Source: a virus
Lineage: Duplodnaviria; Caudoviricetes
Length of the DNA stretch: 24,244 nucleotides
IMG/VR virus record: IMGVR_UViG_3300008255_000464
Span: 1 to 24,244 of that record
Direction: 5' to 3' (one strand)
Position 1 is the first letter of the stretch. Each line of letters opens with the position of its first letter. Below are positions 8,862 to 16,141 of the stretch, one piece after another. The translations under genes and the position numbers were made by a program. The notes beneath the pieces are model-generated. The model was not told the origin of the DNA, made no database searches, and saw only the letters and a program-made list of their open reading frames with translations.

Positions 8862-10335
8862 CGCTGATCTCATCCGGTGTGCCTCCCGGAGTACCATGTC
8901 TGAACTCATACGGCACAAACCTTGGCTCGTGAAGAAGCAGGCGATGGAGGTTCTCCGGCTGATGATCGTTCTTGTCTCTTGGCGTACCTTTGGACTCTCG
9001 ATCATCCGCACTCTTGCCCTTGTATTCATCCCAAACATACTCGGTGAGCTGTTTGATCGTAACAGGGCAAGTATCAAAGATATAAAGCTCTGGTGGAGTA
9101 ACCATCTCACCTTTCACTATCTGGTACTTCAGAGCTTGATTGGTGCGCTTAATCCCGGCCATGAGATCTTTAGAACCCTTGATGAAGTGCATACCTAGAT
9201 CGAAGAGCTGTGAGCCGAGAGACTTTTTCTCTCTGTGCTGATCGTCATTGAAAGCTGAAGGATCTATGATGCGATCCTCCATGCGATACTTCATCTGCTC
9301 TTCAAATGCTGTCATACGAGCTTTGAGGCGCTTTGGTAGTCCTTCGCTCAAGATCTCTCCGGTGATATATTTCGTGCCTTGCTTGTCGACACTCAAGTAC
9401 ATCACATGATCTTGCACTCTTGGATGAGGATCAAGAGCGACATAGGTTGTGTAGTCCATCTCGTTGAGAGGAAAGGCCTCGATGACATGGATCTTCTCGT
9501 TGAATGAAGGATGCACCTGTCCGAGAAGGTGGCCGAACTTACCAAAGACACGAGCTTGTCTTTCGTTGTCCGGGTATGAGTCGGCAATGCGCTGTATATG
9601 TTTATGCTCGAAGACTCCTCTCACTCCATGGATCTTGCAGTTATCTTCCGCTTCAGCATGCACATAATCAAACTCCTTGGCGTGATCCTTCATCCAGTCC
9701 TTGAGCCAAGCAGAATGGTAGAGGGGCGTATAGGTCATGATGATGATACCTCCCAAGCGCAGACGGGCGACAGAAGCGAGGAAGATGGCCTTTGGTGGCG
9801 GTTCATCGAACCAGATGAAGCCAAGGTCTACTGACTCAAACTCCTTCACCTCCTGCTCGTTCGACATGATGTCTATATCCCATCCGGTATTGGTATGAAA
9901 CTTTGATACATAGTTCTTGCCTTCCTTGGCAGTCTCGTAGTTGGCCACAGGAAGCTTCTTGCTCTCATTGACCGGAAACCACTTTTCAAGCTCCGGCACG
10001 ATCTTCTCTTTGATAGTTGTCGGATCAGAGACTATACGACCCTTCTTGATGTAAGGAAACTTTTGAAAAAGAGGATAATCAAACCACTTGCTCTGCACTC
10101 CATATAAAAGATTGGCCACGATGTTTGCACCAGTGGCGGTTTTAGAAGTTCCGTTTGCACCAACGAACATGCTCACGAACTTCTCGTTCGATCCTACAAG
10201 CCGTATATACTCCTCGGCCTTGCCGTTCGGGATGTAGTATTTAGCTTGATTGCTTCTTTTTCTTCTTTCTTGCTCCCTCCGCAAGTCCAATAGCTTCTGA
10301 TAAGACTCCGGCGATTTCTGCCTCAATGTCTTCAT
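8821..10335 (-). CDS. terL: Terminase large subunit
   Basis: Walker A variant GANGTSKT, Walker B GFIWFDE, coupling motif TYTP, RNase H-like nuclease VALDPHP...IIDPSA...DHQPE. Start uncertain (10335 or 10377). Confidence 0.92.
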   Translation of the reverse strand: MKTLRQKSPESYQKLLDLRREQERRKRSNQAKYYIPNGKAEEYIRLVGSNEKFVSMFVGANGTSKTATGANIVANLLYGVQSKWFDYPLFQKFPYIKKGRIVSDPTTIKEKIVPELEKWFPVNESKKLPVANYETAKEGKNYVSKFHTNTGWDIDIMSNEQEVKEFESVDLGFIWFDEPPPKAIFLASVARLRLGGIIIMTYTPLYHSAWLKDWMKDHAKEFDYVHAEAEDNCKIHGVRGVFEHKHIQRIADSYPDNERQARVFGKFGHLLGQVHPSFNEKIHVIEAFPLNEMDYTTYVALDPHPRVQDHVMYLSVDKQGTKYITGEILSEGLPKRLKARMTAFEEQMKYRMEDRIIDPSAFNDDQHREKKSLGSQLFDLGMHFIKGSKDLMAGIKRTNQALKYQIVKGEMVTPPELYIFDTCPVTIKQLTEYVWDEYKGKSADDRESKGTPRDKNDHQPENLHRLLLHEPRFVPYEFRHGTPGGTPDEISVIHNESFDPYAKG

Positions 10336-10945
10336 CAGAGAGTTCCCCAAACTTGTGGTGGATAGTGAGGTCTCCATACTTTTGCTTTAGTTTATATGCC
10401 ATGTCCAAGGCGTACTTCTTGGCGATGTGATCCGGTATGGAATAATACGCAACCTTTCCTAGCCCTTTAACAAATAATACCTTCATCACTGGAAAACCGA
10501 AAGACTCGATGACTTCAATGATCTCTTCGTCTTTCACTCCCATAGCAAAGGTCTGTGTGCCTATCCTTGAAGCGTTCATGAGCTGATGATGATGCTTGGC
10601 TAGATCTTCATCACCTAGATACAGCTCCATCAAGAGAGGCCATGCTTGAGTATTCTTCACTCCACCCTTTCTAGCATAGCTCGCACTATAACCTGCTTCT
10701 TCTAGGATTTGAGCTTGAGTTTTCTTCTTGTCAGATGAGACATTTTGAGACATTTTCTTCACTGCTCTAGCTTGCCTTAAAACAGCAGAAGGTCTAGGAG
10801 CTTTCTTTAAGATCTCCTTGACTCTCTTCTCTGTGGTAACGATCGATGGAGCTTTATTAACCTTCTTGCCTTGAGCTTCGTCTTTCTTCAGATCTTGCTC
10901 GGCTTCTCGCTCCTCGATCTCTTCTTGGATGTCTTCTTCACTCAT
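10241..10945 (-). CDS. terS: Terminase small subunit
   Basis: Upstream of terL; HTH-like QAQILEEAGYSASYA, PDHIAKKYALDMAYKLK, C-term ELSDEDIEAEI. Start ATG 10945 overlaps the upstream stop (ATGA). Confidence 0.75.
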   Translation of the reverse strand: MSEEDIQEEIEEREAEQDLKKDEAQGKKVNKAPSIVTTEKRVKEILKKAPRPSAVLRQARAVKKMSQNVSSDKKKTQAQILEEAGYSASYARKGGVKNTQAWPLLMELYLGDEDLAKHHHQLMNASRIGTQTFAMGVKDEEIIEVIESFGFPVMKVLFVKGLGKVAYYSIPDHIAKKYALDMAYKLKQKYGDLTIHHKFGELSDEDIEAEIAGVLSEAIGLAEGARKKKKKQSS

Positions 10946-11103
10946 GATGTTGATGTTAGCACAGGAGTTATTTCGGGGATGATGAGCGCTCCACACCTAT
11001 CGCAAGACTCGTAGTGATTGCCGAAGCAGTCTACTCTCTCCATAAAGACATGCTTTCTCTTGCCTTCCTTGTCCTTCTTGCAGATGCCGTTGCGATCAGC
11101 CAT
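10942..11103 (-). CDS. Small Cys/His (zinc-ribbon-like) protein, 53 aa
   Basis: Not in ORF track. MADRNGICKKDKEGKRKHVFMERVDCFGNHYESCDRCGALIIPEITPVLTSTS; fills the gap and is ATGA-coupled to terS. Confidence 0.65.
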   Translation of the reverse strand: MADRNGICKKDKEGKRKHVFMERVDCFGNHYESCDRCGALIIPEITPVLTSTS

Positions 11104-11107
11104 GACT

Positions 11108-11353
11108 CTATTCATTCTCTCCTATGCTGATAAAGTCTAGCCAATAGGTACGACCAACCTCAAACTGATCGGCGCCGGCTTGAGTAAGTCCTCGTAGTTC
11201 GGCATCTACGATACCGGCTTCGAGAAGCTCCTGATCAAAGAAAGGGTTTTGATCGGCATAGTCCCCGGCAACCTTGAAGCAAACTTTCCACCCTTCATCA
11301 TAATCACCGACCGGCTGAAGGATCTCTGTGCAAATGTAGCGTGTGCGTACCAT
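11108..11353 (-). CDS. Hypothetical phage protein
   Basis: 81 aa; C-terminal ADQFEVGRTYWLDF motif seen in small phage proteins. Confidence 0.65.
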   Translation of the reverse strand: MVRTRYICTEILQPVGDYDEGWKVCFKVAGDYADQNPFFDQELLEAGIVDAELRGLTQAGADQFEVGRTYWLDFISIGENE

Positions 11354-11355
11354 GG

Positions 11356-11520
11356 CTATTCTTCCATCTCGCTATACTGCTTCCAATACTCCGGCCATGT
11401 GTCCTTGATCTTCTGAAGATTGGTGAGGTCGGCTCGATGACAAGCTTCAGCAAGAGCTTTGACGAAGCTTCCGCCGTATTTCTCCATCATCGTTACTGTG
11501 TGAAAGTCTTTTTCGTTCAT
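11356..11520 (-). CDS. Small conserved phage protein, 54 aa (GGSFVKALAEA...AD..N type)
   Basis: Not in ORF track. MNEKDFHTVTMMEKYGGSFVKALAEACHRADLTNLQKIKDTWPEYWKQYSEMEE; ATGA overlap with IF-1 stop. Confidence 0.7.
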   Translation of the reverse strand: MNEKDFHTVTMMEKYGGSFVKALAEACHRADLTNLQKIKDTWPEYWKQYSEMEE

Positions 11521-11714
11521 AGTCTCCAAGTTATGCGATTAGTGGCTTTGCCTCCGTATGGATCAAGTACCACTCGAACCCGATCACCAACCAAGATCTT
11601 AATCTTGGCCTTCTTCATCTTGCCGGATGTATAGCAGACATACTCTTTGCCTTGATACTCGACTTTGTATTGAAGGTTAGGCAGAGCTTCGATCACCATT
11701 GCTTCAATCTCCAT
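11517..11714 (-). CDS. infA: Translation initiation factor IF-1
   Basis: VIEALPN, SGKMKKAKIKILVGDRVRVVLDPY...RITWR match IF-1 signature residues; 65 aa. Confidence 0.92.
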   Translation of the reverse strand: MEIEAMVIEALPNLQYKVEYQGKEYVCYTSGKMKKAKIKILVGDRVRVVLDPYGGKATNRITWRL

Positions 11715-11988
11715 GGTGATCTTTTACTTCAGCCGGATCATTGATGTTGCCCCCACTCCCTTTGGAGTAGAGCTTCATAAGAAGATCCTCTACATCCAAG
11801 GCCGCATCCGCCAAGAGATCCCGGTACGCCTCAAGGTGCTTCTTGGTGGTGTGGATCGAGAACTCTAGCCGGAGCTTGGTGCTGTACCTCTTGTCTTCAT
11901 ACTTGAAGTTGATGATGGGATCTTTGTTCTCATCACCGCCGGCCGGCTTTGACTTCTTTTTGAAGAATGGGAAGTTGAGCTTCAGCAT
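11704..11988 (-). CDS. Hypothetical protein
   Basis: 94 aa ORF in tightly packed operon. Confidence 0.55.
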   Translation of the reverse strand: MLKLNFPFFKKKSKPAGGDENKDPIINFKYEDKRYSTKLRLEFSIHTTKKHLEAYRDLLADAALDVEDLLMKLYSKGSGGNINDPAEVKDHHGD

Positions 11989-11989
11989 A

Positions 11990-12289
11990 TTAGTTCACGA
12001 TCTTATCAATCTCCGCCATGGCCATATCCTTCGATCTCTCAAGAGATGTGGCCTCGCCGGAGTGGAGAGTGTCGGTGCGTTTGGCTCCGTCATCCTCCGT
12101 GGTGTAGTAGAGATATTTATATACGATCTTGTCGTCTTTCAACTGCTCCAAGTGGAGAACGGAGATGCCACGATAGACTTCAAAGGCCACTGCTTTGATG
12201 CCATCCTTGAAGATCTGACCCTCGCCAGTACCGAGGCGCTTGCCTCCAAGGACTGTCTTAACTCGCCTGTAAAGTTCTGAAAGTGTCAT
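11990..12289 (-). CDS. Hypothetical protein
   Basis: 99 aa ORF in tightly packed operon. Confidence 0.6.
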   Translation of the reverse strand: MTLSELYRRVKTVLGGKRLGTGEGQIFKDGIKAVAFEVYRGISVLHLEQLKDDKIVYKYLYYTTEDDGAKRTDTLHSGEATSLERSKDMAMAEIDKIVN

Positions 12290-12291
12290 GG

Positions 12292-12453
12292 CTATTTGTG
12301 ATCATCGCACCGCTTATCCTTCTCCCACATATACATACCGGATCGAGAGTCCACCACCTCCTTCTCTTCACATCCGCATGGATAAACTCTATTCGGCTTG
12401 AGTGGCCGATAGATCGCTTTTTCACTTGGTTTCTGTGTTTGTATTTCGCTCAT
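12292..12453 (-). CDS. Small Cys/His protein (CGC...CDDH)
   Basis: Likely start ATG 12453 (MSEIQTQK); the TTG extension lies inside the structured leader. Confidence 0.55.
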   Translation of the reverse strand: MSEIQTQKPSEKAIYRPLKPNRVYPCGCEEKEVVDSRSGMYMWEKDKRCDDHK

Positions 12454-12585
12454 GACCTTCTTTAGACCCTCCTGTGAAGTTCTCCACCGGAGGCAGAGCT
12501 GTCGCACCTCACCTTGTATCAAGGGGAGGATCTAAAGGAAGCCACGAACTCCCTGCAACAACTCCGCCGAACTTCCGTAAAGGTC
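12454..12585 (-). ncRNA. Unclassified highly structured leader RNA (multi-stem, 14-bp long-range helix)
   Basis: GACCTT/AAGGTC closing stem; GGAAGTT/GGCTTCC; 12-bp TTTAGATCCTCC/GGAGGGTCTAAA; CCTTG/CAAGG; TGAGGT/ACTTCA; 14-bp GGCGGAGTTGTTGC/GCGACAGCTCTGCC. Imperfect pairs are G-U on the minus strand. Confidence 0.65.
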
Positions 12586-12600
12586 TTATCTGATATGGAT

Positions 12601-12657
12601 ATTATAGCAAAAAGCGAGCCGTTCGTTAAGCTCACTTTTCACTCTATCTGTGGATAA
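12601..12657 (-). promoter_or_regulatory. Sigma70 promoter with operator and DnaA box
   Basis: TTAACG-17 nt-TATAAT with TG extension; operator 12614-12626; TTATCCACA 12649-12657. Confidence 0.8.
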
Positions 12658-12664
12658 GATGAGT

Positions 12665-13030
12665 TTATCTCTTGGTCTTGACAATCTTGAGAACTGTGAA
12701 GGTATAGGTGCGAGTAGACTTCTCTTCCTTCGTATCGTGAGGACTTGAGAGCGCTTTAATATAGTTGCCGATCTCCAATGCTTCAAGATCAACGATCACA
12801 CCGTTCCAGACTGATGCTTGGAATGGCTCACAATGAAGAACCTCTCCGCCCTTGTCTATGTACCAGATAAGAGCATCTTGGCCTTCATCTGCAAAGTGGA
12901 TCTCGTGAGTGGAGGTTATCGAGAGCCAACGGCCGAACTCGGTCTTGCTCTTGAACTTCTTGTCTCGATGCTCCGGCTCATATTTCTGATCAACCGGATC
13001 AGGCCATGTTCTCCTGAACTGTTTAAGCAT
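12665..13030 (-). CDS. Hypothetical phage protein
   Basis: 121 aa; IHFADEGQDALIWYID...CEPFQASVWNG motif. Confidence 0.7.
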   Translation of the reverse strand: MLKQFRRTWPDPVDQKYEPEHRDKKFKSKTEFGRWLSITSTHEIHFADEGQDALIWYIDKGGEVLHCEPFQASVWNGVIVDLEALEIGNYIKALSSPHDTKEEKSTRTYTFTVLKIVKTKR

Positions 13031-13220
13031 GGCTGTGTACGATCTGAAGATCGTGAAGATATGCTACATAAGTCTCGACCCTTCTATTCTCATCTCTAGC
13101 AAGCCGGCCAGTGAACTTCACTACGCCTTCTTGCATGAAGCGAAGGATGTCATCAACGATGACCCATCCATTCGAGCTTCTAAACATTGCGATTGATGTA
13201 TCCATAAAAGTATTTGGCAT
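13023..13220 (-). CDS. Hypothetical protein
   Basis: 65 aa ATG ORF after the structured RNA, overlapping the next gene start by 8 nt. Confidence 0.5.
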   Translation of the reverse strand: MPNTFMDTSIAMFRSSNGWVIVDDILRFMQEGVVKFTGRLARDENRRVETYVAYLHDLQIVHSHA

Positions 13221-13233
13221 GTTAGGAGTAAGT

Positions 13234-13375
13234 GAGACTCGCTAGAGCGATGGAAGGAGTCGGTCTGCACAAGATAGGGCTGTGAGATATGCGCCGTGCA
13301 GATGCGCCCACAGTCTCCTCGCCGGCCGATAAGTTTTACCGGGCGGTATCTCCCTCCATCACTCTAACGAACCTC
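13234..13375 (-). ncRNA. Unclassified structured RNA: 26-bp closing stem enclosing a hairpin and a pseudoknot
   Basis: 13350-13375 pairs fully with 13234-13259 (5 G-U pairs). Inner CCGGTAA/TTATCGG hairpin; CTGTGGG/CTCACAG stem whose loop TCTGCACGG pairs with downstream TTGTGCAGA. Starts at the predicted TSS. Confidence 0.7.
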
Positions 13376-13383
13376 TGGTTTAT

Positions 13384-13429
13384 ATCATAAGCGAGCCGTT
13401 CGCTTTCGTCAATGACAACCTGTGGATAA
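13384..13429 (-). promoter_or_regulatory. Sigma70 promoter with operator and DnaA box
   Basis: TTGACG (13407-13412), 17 nt, TATGAT (13384-13389); operator 13391-13403; TTATCCACA 13421-13429. Confidence 0.85.
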
Positions 13430-13456
13430 GAAAAGAGCCGACCGAAGCCGACTCTT
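13427..13456 (-). terminator. Rho-independent terminator
   Basis: AAGAGTCGGC-TTCG-GTCGGCTCTT followed by TTCTT; cUUCGg tetraloop; downstream of the 13498-13803 gene. Confidence 0.8.
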
Positions 13457-13497
13457 ACCGGTCTATTCCCGGCAGTCAAGATGAGGATCACCTCCTT

Positions 13498-13803
13498 TCA
13501 GTGGACATATCCTGCGGTGATTGTTGCTCTCTTCAGTTCGTGAAGATGCTGAAGGTAGCAGTCCTCGTGCATGACCTTGCCGAGTGCGACTGCGACTCGT
13601 GGCTCTGCCGATCCGAAGGAGGTATGGCATCTCTCACAGTATTCCTTCGGTGGTTGGTGAGTATGGCTGAAGCCATTGACTCTCTTCATCTCCTCCTCCT
13701 TGTTGTAGTAAAAGATTTTCAGACATTCAAAATGGTAGTAGCGACCTCGGTGGGTAGTACACCGGTTCGGATCTACGGCAGTGGAGCAATGAGCGCATCG
13801 CAT
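13498..13803 (-). CDS. Tandem CxxC...HxxC (half-LIM-like) zinc-finger protein
   Basis: CAHC...YYHFEC and CERC...VMHEDC; AGGAGG SD before the start; in-frame internal SD+ATG at 13689. Confidence 0.7.
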   Translation of the reverse strand: MRCAHCSTAVDPNRCTTHRGRYYHFECLKIFYYNKEEEMKRVNGFSHTHQPPKEYCERCHTSFGSAEPRVAVALGKVMHEDCYLQHLHELKRATITAGYVH

Positions 13804-13831
13804 CTCTCCTCCTGTGTGCTTGCCTGACTCT

Positions 13832-13877
13832 ATTATCCCTTAATGAAGAGGGTTGAAGAAGGCCTCGTAGTGGATAA
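13832..13877 (-). promoter_or_regulatory. Putative promoter (GATAAT) with DnaA-like box, no operator
   Basis: -10 at 13832-13837; TTATCCACT at 13869-13877, gap 31 nt; poor -35. Confidence 0.45.
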
Positions 13878-14060
13878 CTATTCTACTGAAACTTTGGAGA
13901 GAAGAGTGATGCAGGCCTGAAGCTCTTTGACGAGATTGGCTCTGGCTTCCTCCTCGGTATCGGCCGAGTATCTGAAGTTATACTCGTTACCGTTGATGGT
14001 AGCTTTGAACTTAAATGTCGGTGTCTGGCTGACCTCTACTTTGTTTTCTGTTTCGCTCAT
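13878..14060 (-). CDS. Hypothetical protein (beta-beta-alpha, HicB-N-like topology)
   Basis: 60 aa; FKFKATINGNEYNFRYSADTEEEARANL. Confidence 0.55.
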   Translation of the reverse strand: MSETENKVEVSQTPTFKFKATINGNEYNFRYSADTEEEARANLVKELQACITLLSKVSVE

Positions 14061-14061
14061 T

Positions 14062-14457
14062 TTATTGATTATATATCTTAACTTCTAAATGCCGGCGACC
14101 CCACTCATAAGCAAGCTCTTTTTCTTCCATCCAAATATCAAAGACCTCACGATCTCGATACCGGATATTCATCCTGTCTTTGCAGATATATTTTGTGCCG
14201 GCGATCTCTACGATCGTACCGAACTCATATCTAGCCGGACATGCGATGACTCCTGATCGGGTTTTTTCACCTGATGCTGTGATCTCCGGTGTGTCATCGG
14301 TCTCGTCAGGCGAAGAAGTGTAAGCCGATACTTCAGCTCTCACCACCTCATAAACCGGTGGAGATGGTGGCTCTTCTTCCCTGACATATGTGGTTGTGCT
14401 TCCGGGGATGATGCCGACAATGGTTGTAATGATCACCCCGAAGATGATTGCCTTCAT
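14062..14457 (-). CDS. 3D-domain (MltA-like peptidoglycan-active) protein with N-terminal signal/TM
   Basis: VSAYTS...ETDDTPEITASG, IACP...FGTIVEI, CKDRMN, FDIWM...AYEWGRR. Confidence 0.88.
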   Translation of the reverse strand: MKAIIFGVIITTIVGIIPGSTTTYVREEEPPSPPVYEVVRAEVSAYTSSPDETDDTPEITASGEKTRSGVIACPARYEFGTIVEIAGTKYICKDRMNIRYRDREVFDIWMEEKELAYEWGRRHLEVKIYNQ

Positions 14458-14572
14458 GATTTCAGCCGATCTTGGCTGAACCCTCTCTTCTACCGGCCAG
14501 TGGCTTCAATGGGTTTGCCGGGATCAGTTAGAAGAGAAGGCACAGCCCACATGGGCGTGCTTATTCAAGGTA

Positions 14573-14731
14573 CTATCTAGCTTTCACTTTTTGAGTAGCT
14601 TTGCGTGGTCTCGGTACTCCCTTGCCTTTTTTAGCAAGCTCAATATATGAGAACTTCTCACGCTTTCTTTTCTCCGCAGACAGCTTTCCGAGGTGCGACA
14701 TGTATTTGCTGATGTGCTTATTCTTTTTCAT
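14573..14731 (-). CDS. Small basic protein, KGG-like repeat
   Basis: Likely start ATG 14731: MKKNKHISKYMSHLGKLSAEKRKREKFSYIELAKKGKGVPRPRK; two helix-LG/AKKG units. Confidence 0.55.
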   Translation of the reverse strand: MKKNKHISKYMSHLGKLSAEKRKREKFSYIELAKKGKGVPRPRKATQKVKAR

Positions 14732-14858
14732 CTCGTTTATATGGGTTGCTCGAAACACTCAAGGTAGCGATGATAAAAATAATAATGCCTACCTCAACGC
14801 CCATCACTGCTGATCCAAAGAGACCGGCAATGAGGCCTATGAGCAATCTGTCTTTCAT
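14718..14858 (-). CDS. Small membrane protein, 46 aa
   Basis: Not in ORF track. MKDRLLIGLIAGLFGSAVMGVEVGIIIFIIATLSVSSNPYKRDEKE; first ORF after the promoter at 14874. Confidence 0.6.
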   Translation of the reverse strand: MKDRLLIGLIAGLFGSAVMGVEVGIIIFIIATLSVSSNPYKRDEKE

Positions 14859-14873
14859 TTCTCCCACTTAATA

Positions 14874-14919
14874 AGTATAAGCGAACGGCTCGCTTAATCA
14901 AGTACTCCTCTGTGGATAG
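14874..14919 (-). promoter_or_regulatory. Sigma70 promoter with inverted operator and DnaA-like box
   Basis: TTGATT (14896-14901), 16 nt, TATACT (14874-14879); operator 14881-14893 in opposite orientation; CTATCCACA 14911-14919. Confidence 0.8.
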
Positions 14920-14925
14920 GAACAA

Positions 14926-15162
14926 CTACTCACTTGATGAACCTGCCTTGCTTCCCGGAGCTTTTTCTCCTGCCCCACCTCCACCGGCATAGACTTCCTT
15001 CTTGCCTGTGAGTCCCTCTAGGAAGTCCGACACCTCATCGAAGGGCATATCCTCCACCTGATAGAATGTCGGCTTCCGTGAGCGCTCGTCTTGGATACAG
15101 ATTGCGATCGGCTTCTCTTCTCCGTTATAGACCACAACTGCCAGTGCTTTTACTATCATCAT
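14926..15162 (-). CDS. Hypothetical protein
   Basis: 78 aa, ATGA-coupled. Confidence 0.55.
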   Translation of the reverse strand: MMIVKALAVVVYNGEEKPIAICIQDERSRKPTFYQVEDMPFDEVSDFLEGLTGKKEVYAGGGGAGEKAPGSKAGSSSE

Positions 15163-15626
15163 GATTTTGTATTGTTATCTTCGAACTTTTTAATAACCTT
15201 CTCCGCCGTGGCTATCTCTGCCTTTGTGCCTACGGCATTGAAGACATAGCGGACATAGGCGACCAGAGACCCCTTCTCTTTGGATACCCGGTCATCCGGC
15301 TCTTTTTTCTTCTGTTCGGCCACTATGGGAGAAGCCACCGGCATTTCAATCAACCTATCTGCATCAGCAAAGACTCCCTGAAAGAATACAGTGAAGTCCT
15401 CTGGCTTCAGTCCTGATGCTATAAGGCCTTGTCTGGCCGCTTCAATGCCTTCTGGTATGGAATAGGCCACTCCTAGCGTTAGAGACACCTTTTTGGCCTC
15501 TACAAGCGCCTTTCCATCAACATCCTTGTGAAGCGAGGAGATCGCAAAGACCTTTAACTTCATCTCTTTGGAGAGAGGTTTTGGTGTACCGGCTACCGGC
15601 ACTGGTGCTATTGACTCGTTTTTCAT
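15159..15626 (-). CDS. Hypothetical protein
   Basis: 155 aa, ATGA-coupled to the deformylase. Confidence 0.6.
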   Translation of the reverse strand: MKNESIAPVPVAGTPKPLSKEMKLKVFAISSLHKDVDGKALVEAKKVSLTLGVAYSIPEGIEAARQGLIASGLKPEDFTVFFQGVFADADRLIEMPVASPIVAEQKKKEPDDRVSKEKGSLVAYVRYVFNAVGTKAEIATAEKVIKKFEDNNTKS

Positions 15627-16141
15627 TTCACTTCTTGATTATTCATCCCATAAATGTTTTTTCCAACAGCATGATCCTGCTCATGCTGAAAGATAAAAGC
15701 GACAAGCTCTTTGAAGCGCTTAGTACGCCACATCAGGAAGAGTCCGAAGATTGGCACTTGGTAGCGAACCTTGATGTCTGCAAAGCGCTTGGTATTCTTC
15801 GGGTTTCTGAAAGGGAAGCTCATGCAGGCCTCCTTCCACTGCACCGGCACGCCGGACTCCACGATCTCGGCATTGACGATGACATCACTTCCGATCTGCT
15901 TCACGACACTCTTTCCGTTAAGATCCAAGGCATCCTTCCTCACCACGAAGAACCACTTTGGCTCTTTGGATACTTGGCAATGGGAGATCGCAAAGGCCTT
16001 GTCGTAGTATCCGGTGAAGCCGGTGCGGTTCACAAGATCTCGAAGCTCCTGTGCTTCTTTCTTGATCTCCCTCCAGTTCCTCACTTTGCTAGAAGGTATG
16101 TTATGTGCCGGTCGTAATAGTTCCATGGCTAGGGGGTGCAT
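15623..16141 (-). CDS. def: Peptide deformylase (divergent motif 1)
   Basis: EACMSFP (EGCLS motif), FQHEQDHAVG (HExDH), AFAISHCQV in place of GxGxAAxQ. Confidence 0.88.
   Translation of the reverse strand: MHPLAMELLRPAHNIPSSKVRNWREIKKEAQELRDLVNRTGFTGYYDKAFAISHCQVSKEPKWFFVVRKDALDLNGKSVVKQIGSDVIVNAEIVESGVPVQWKEACMSFPFRNPKNTKRFADIKVRYQVPIFGLFLMWRTKRFKELVAFIFQHEQDHAVGKNIYGMNNQEVK

Noticed and set aside
13258-13315. c-di-GMP-II-like GCAC/GTGC pseudoknot followed by ACCGAC
   Set aside because: Kink-turn and other conserved nucleotides not recognisable; left unclassified.
13306-13345. Plus-strand GTC-TCCTCGCC-GGC resembles HDV ribozyme P3/L3
   Set aside because: No P1 or P2 partner strands found, and the G-U pattern and promoter point to the minus strand.
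14500-14521. GGCAAACCC resembling a c-di-GMP-I riboswitch
   Set aside because: The GNRA-capped P2 and downstream GGACGCAAAG are missing.
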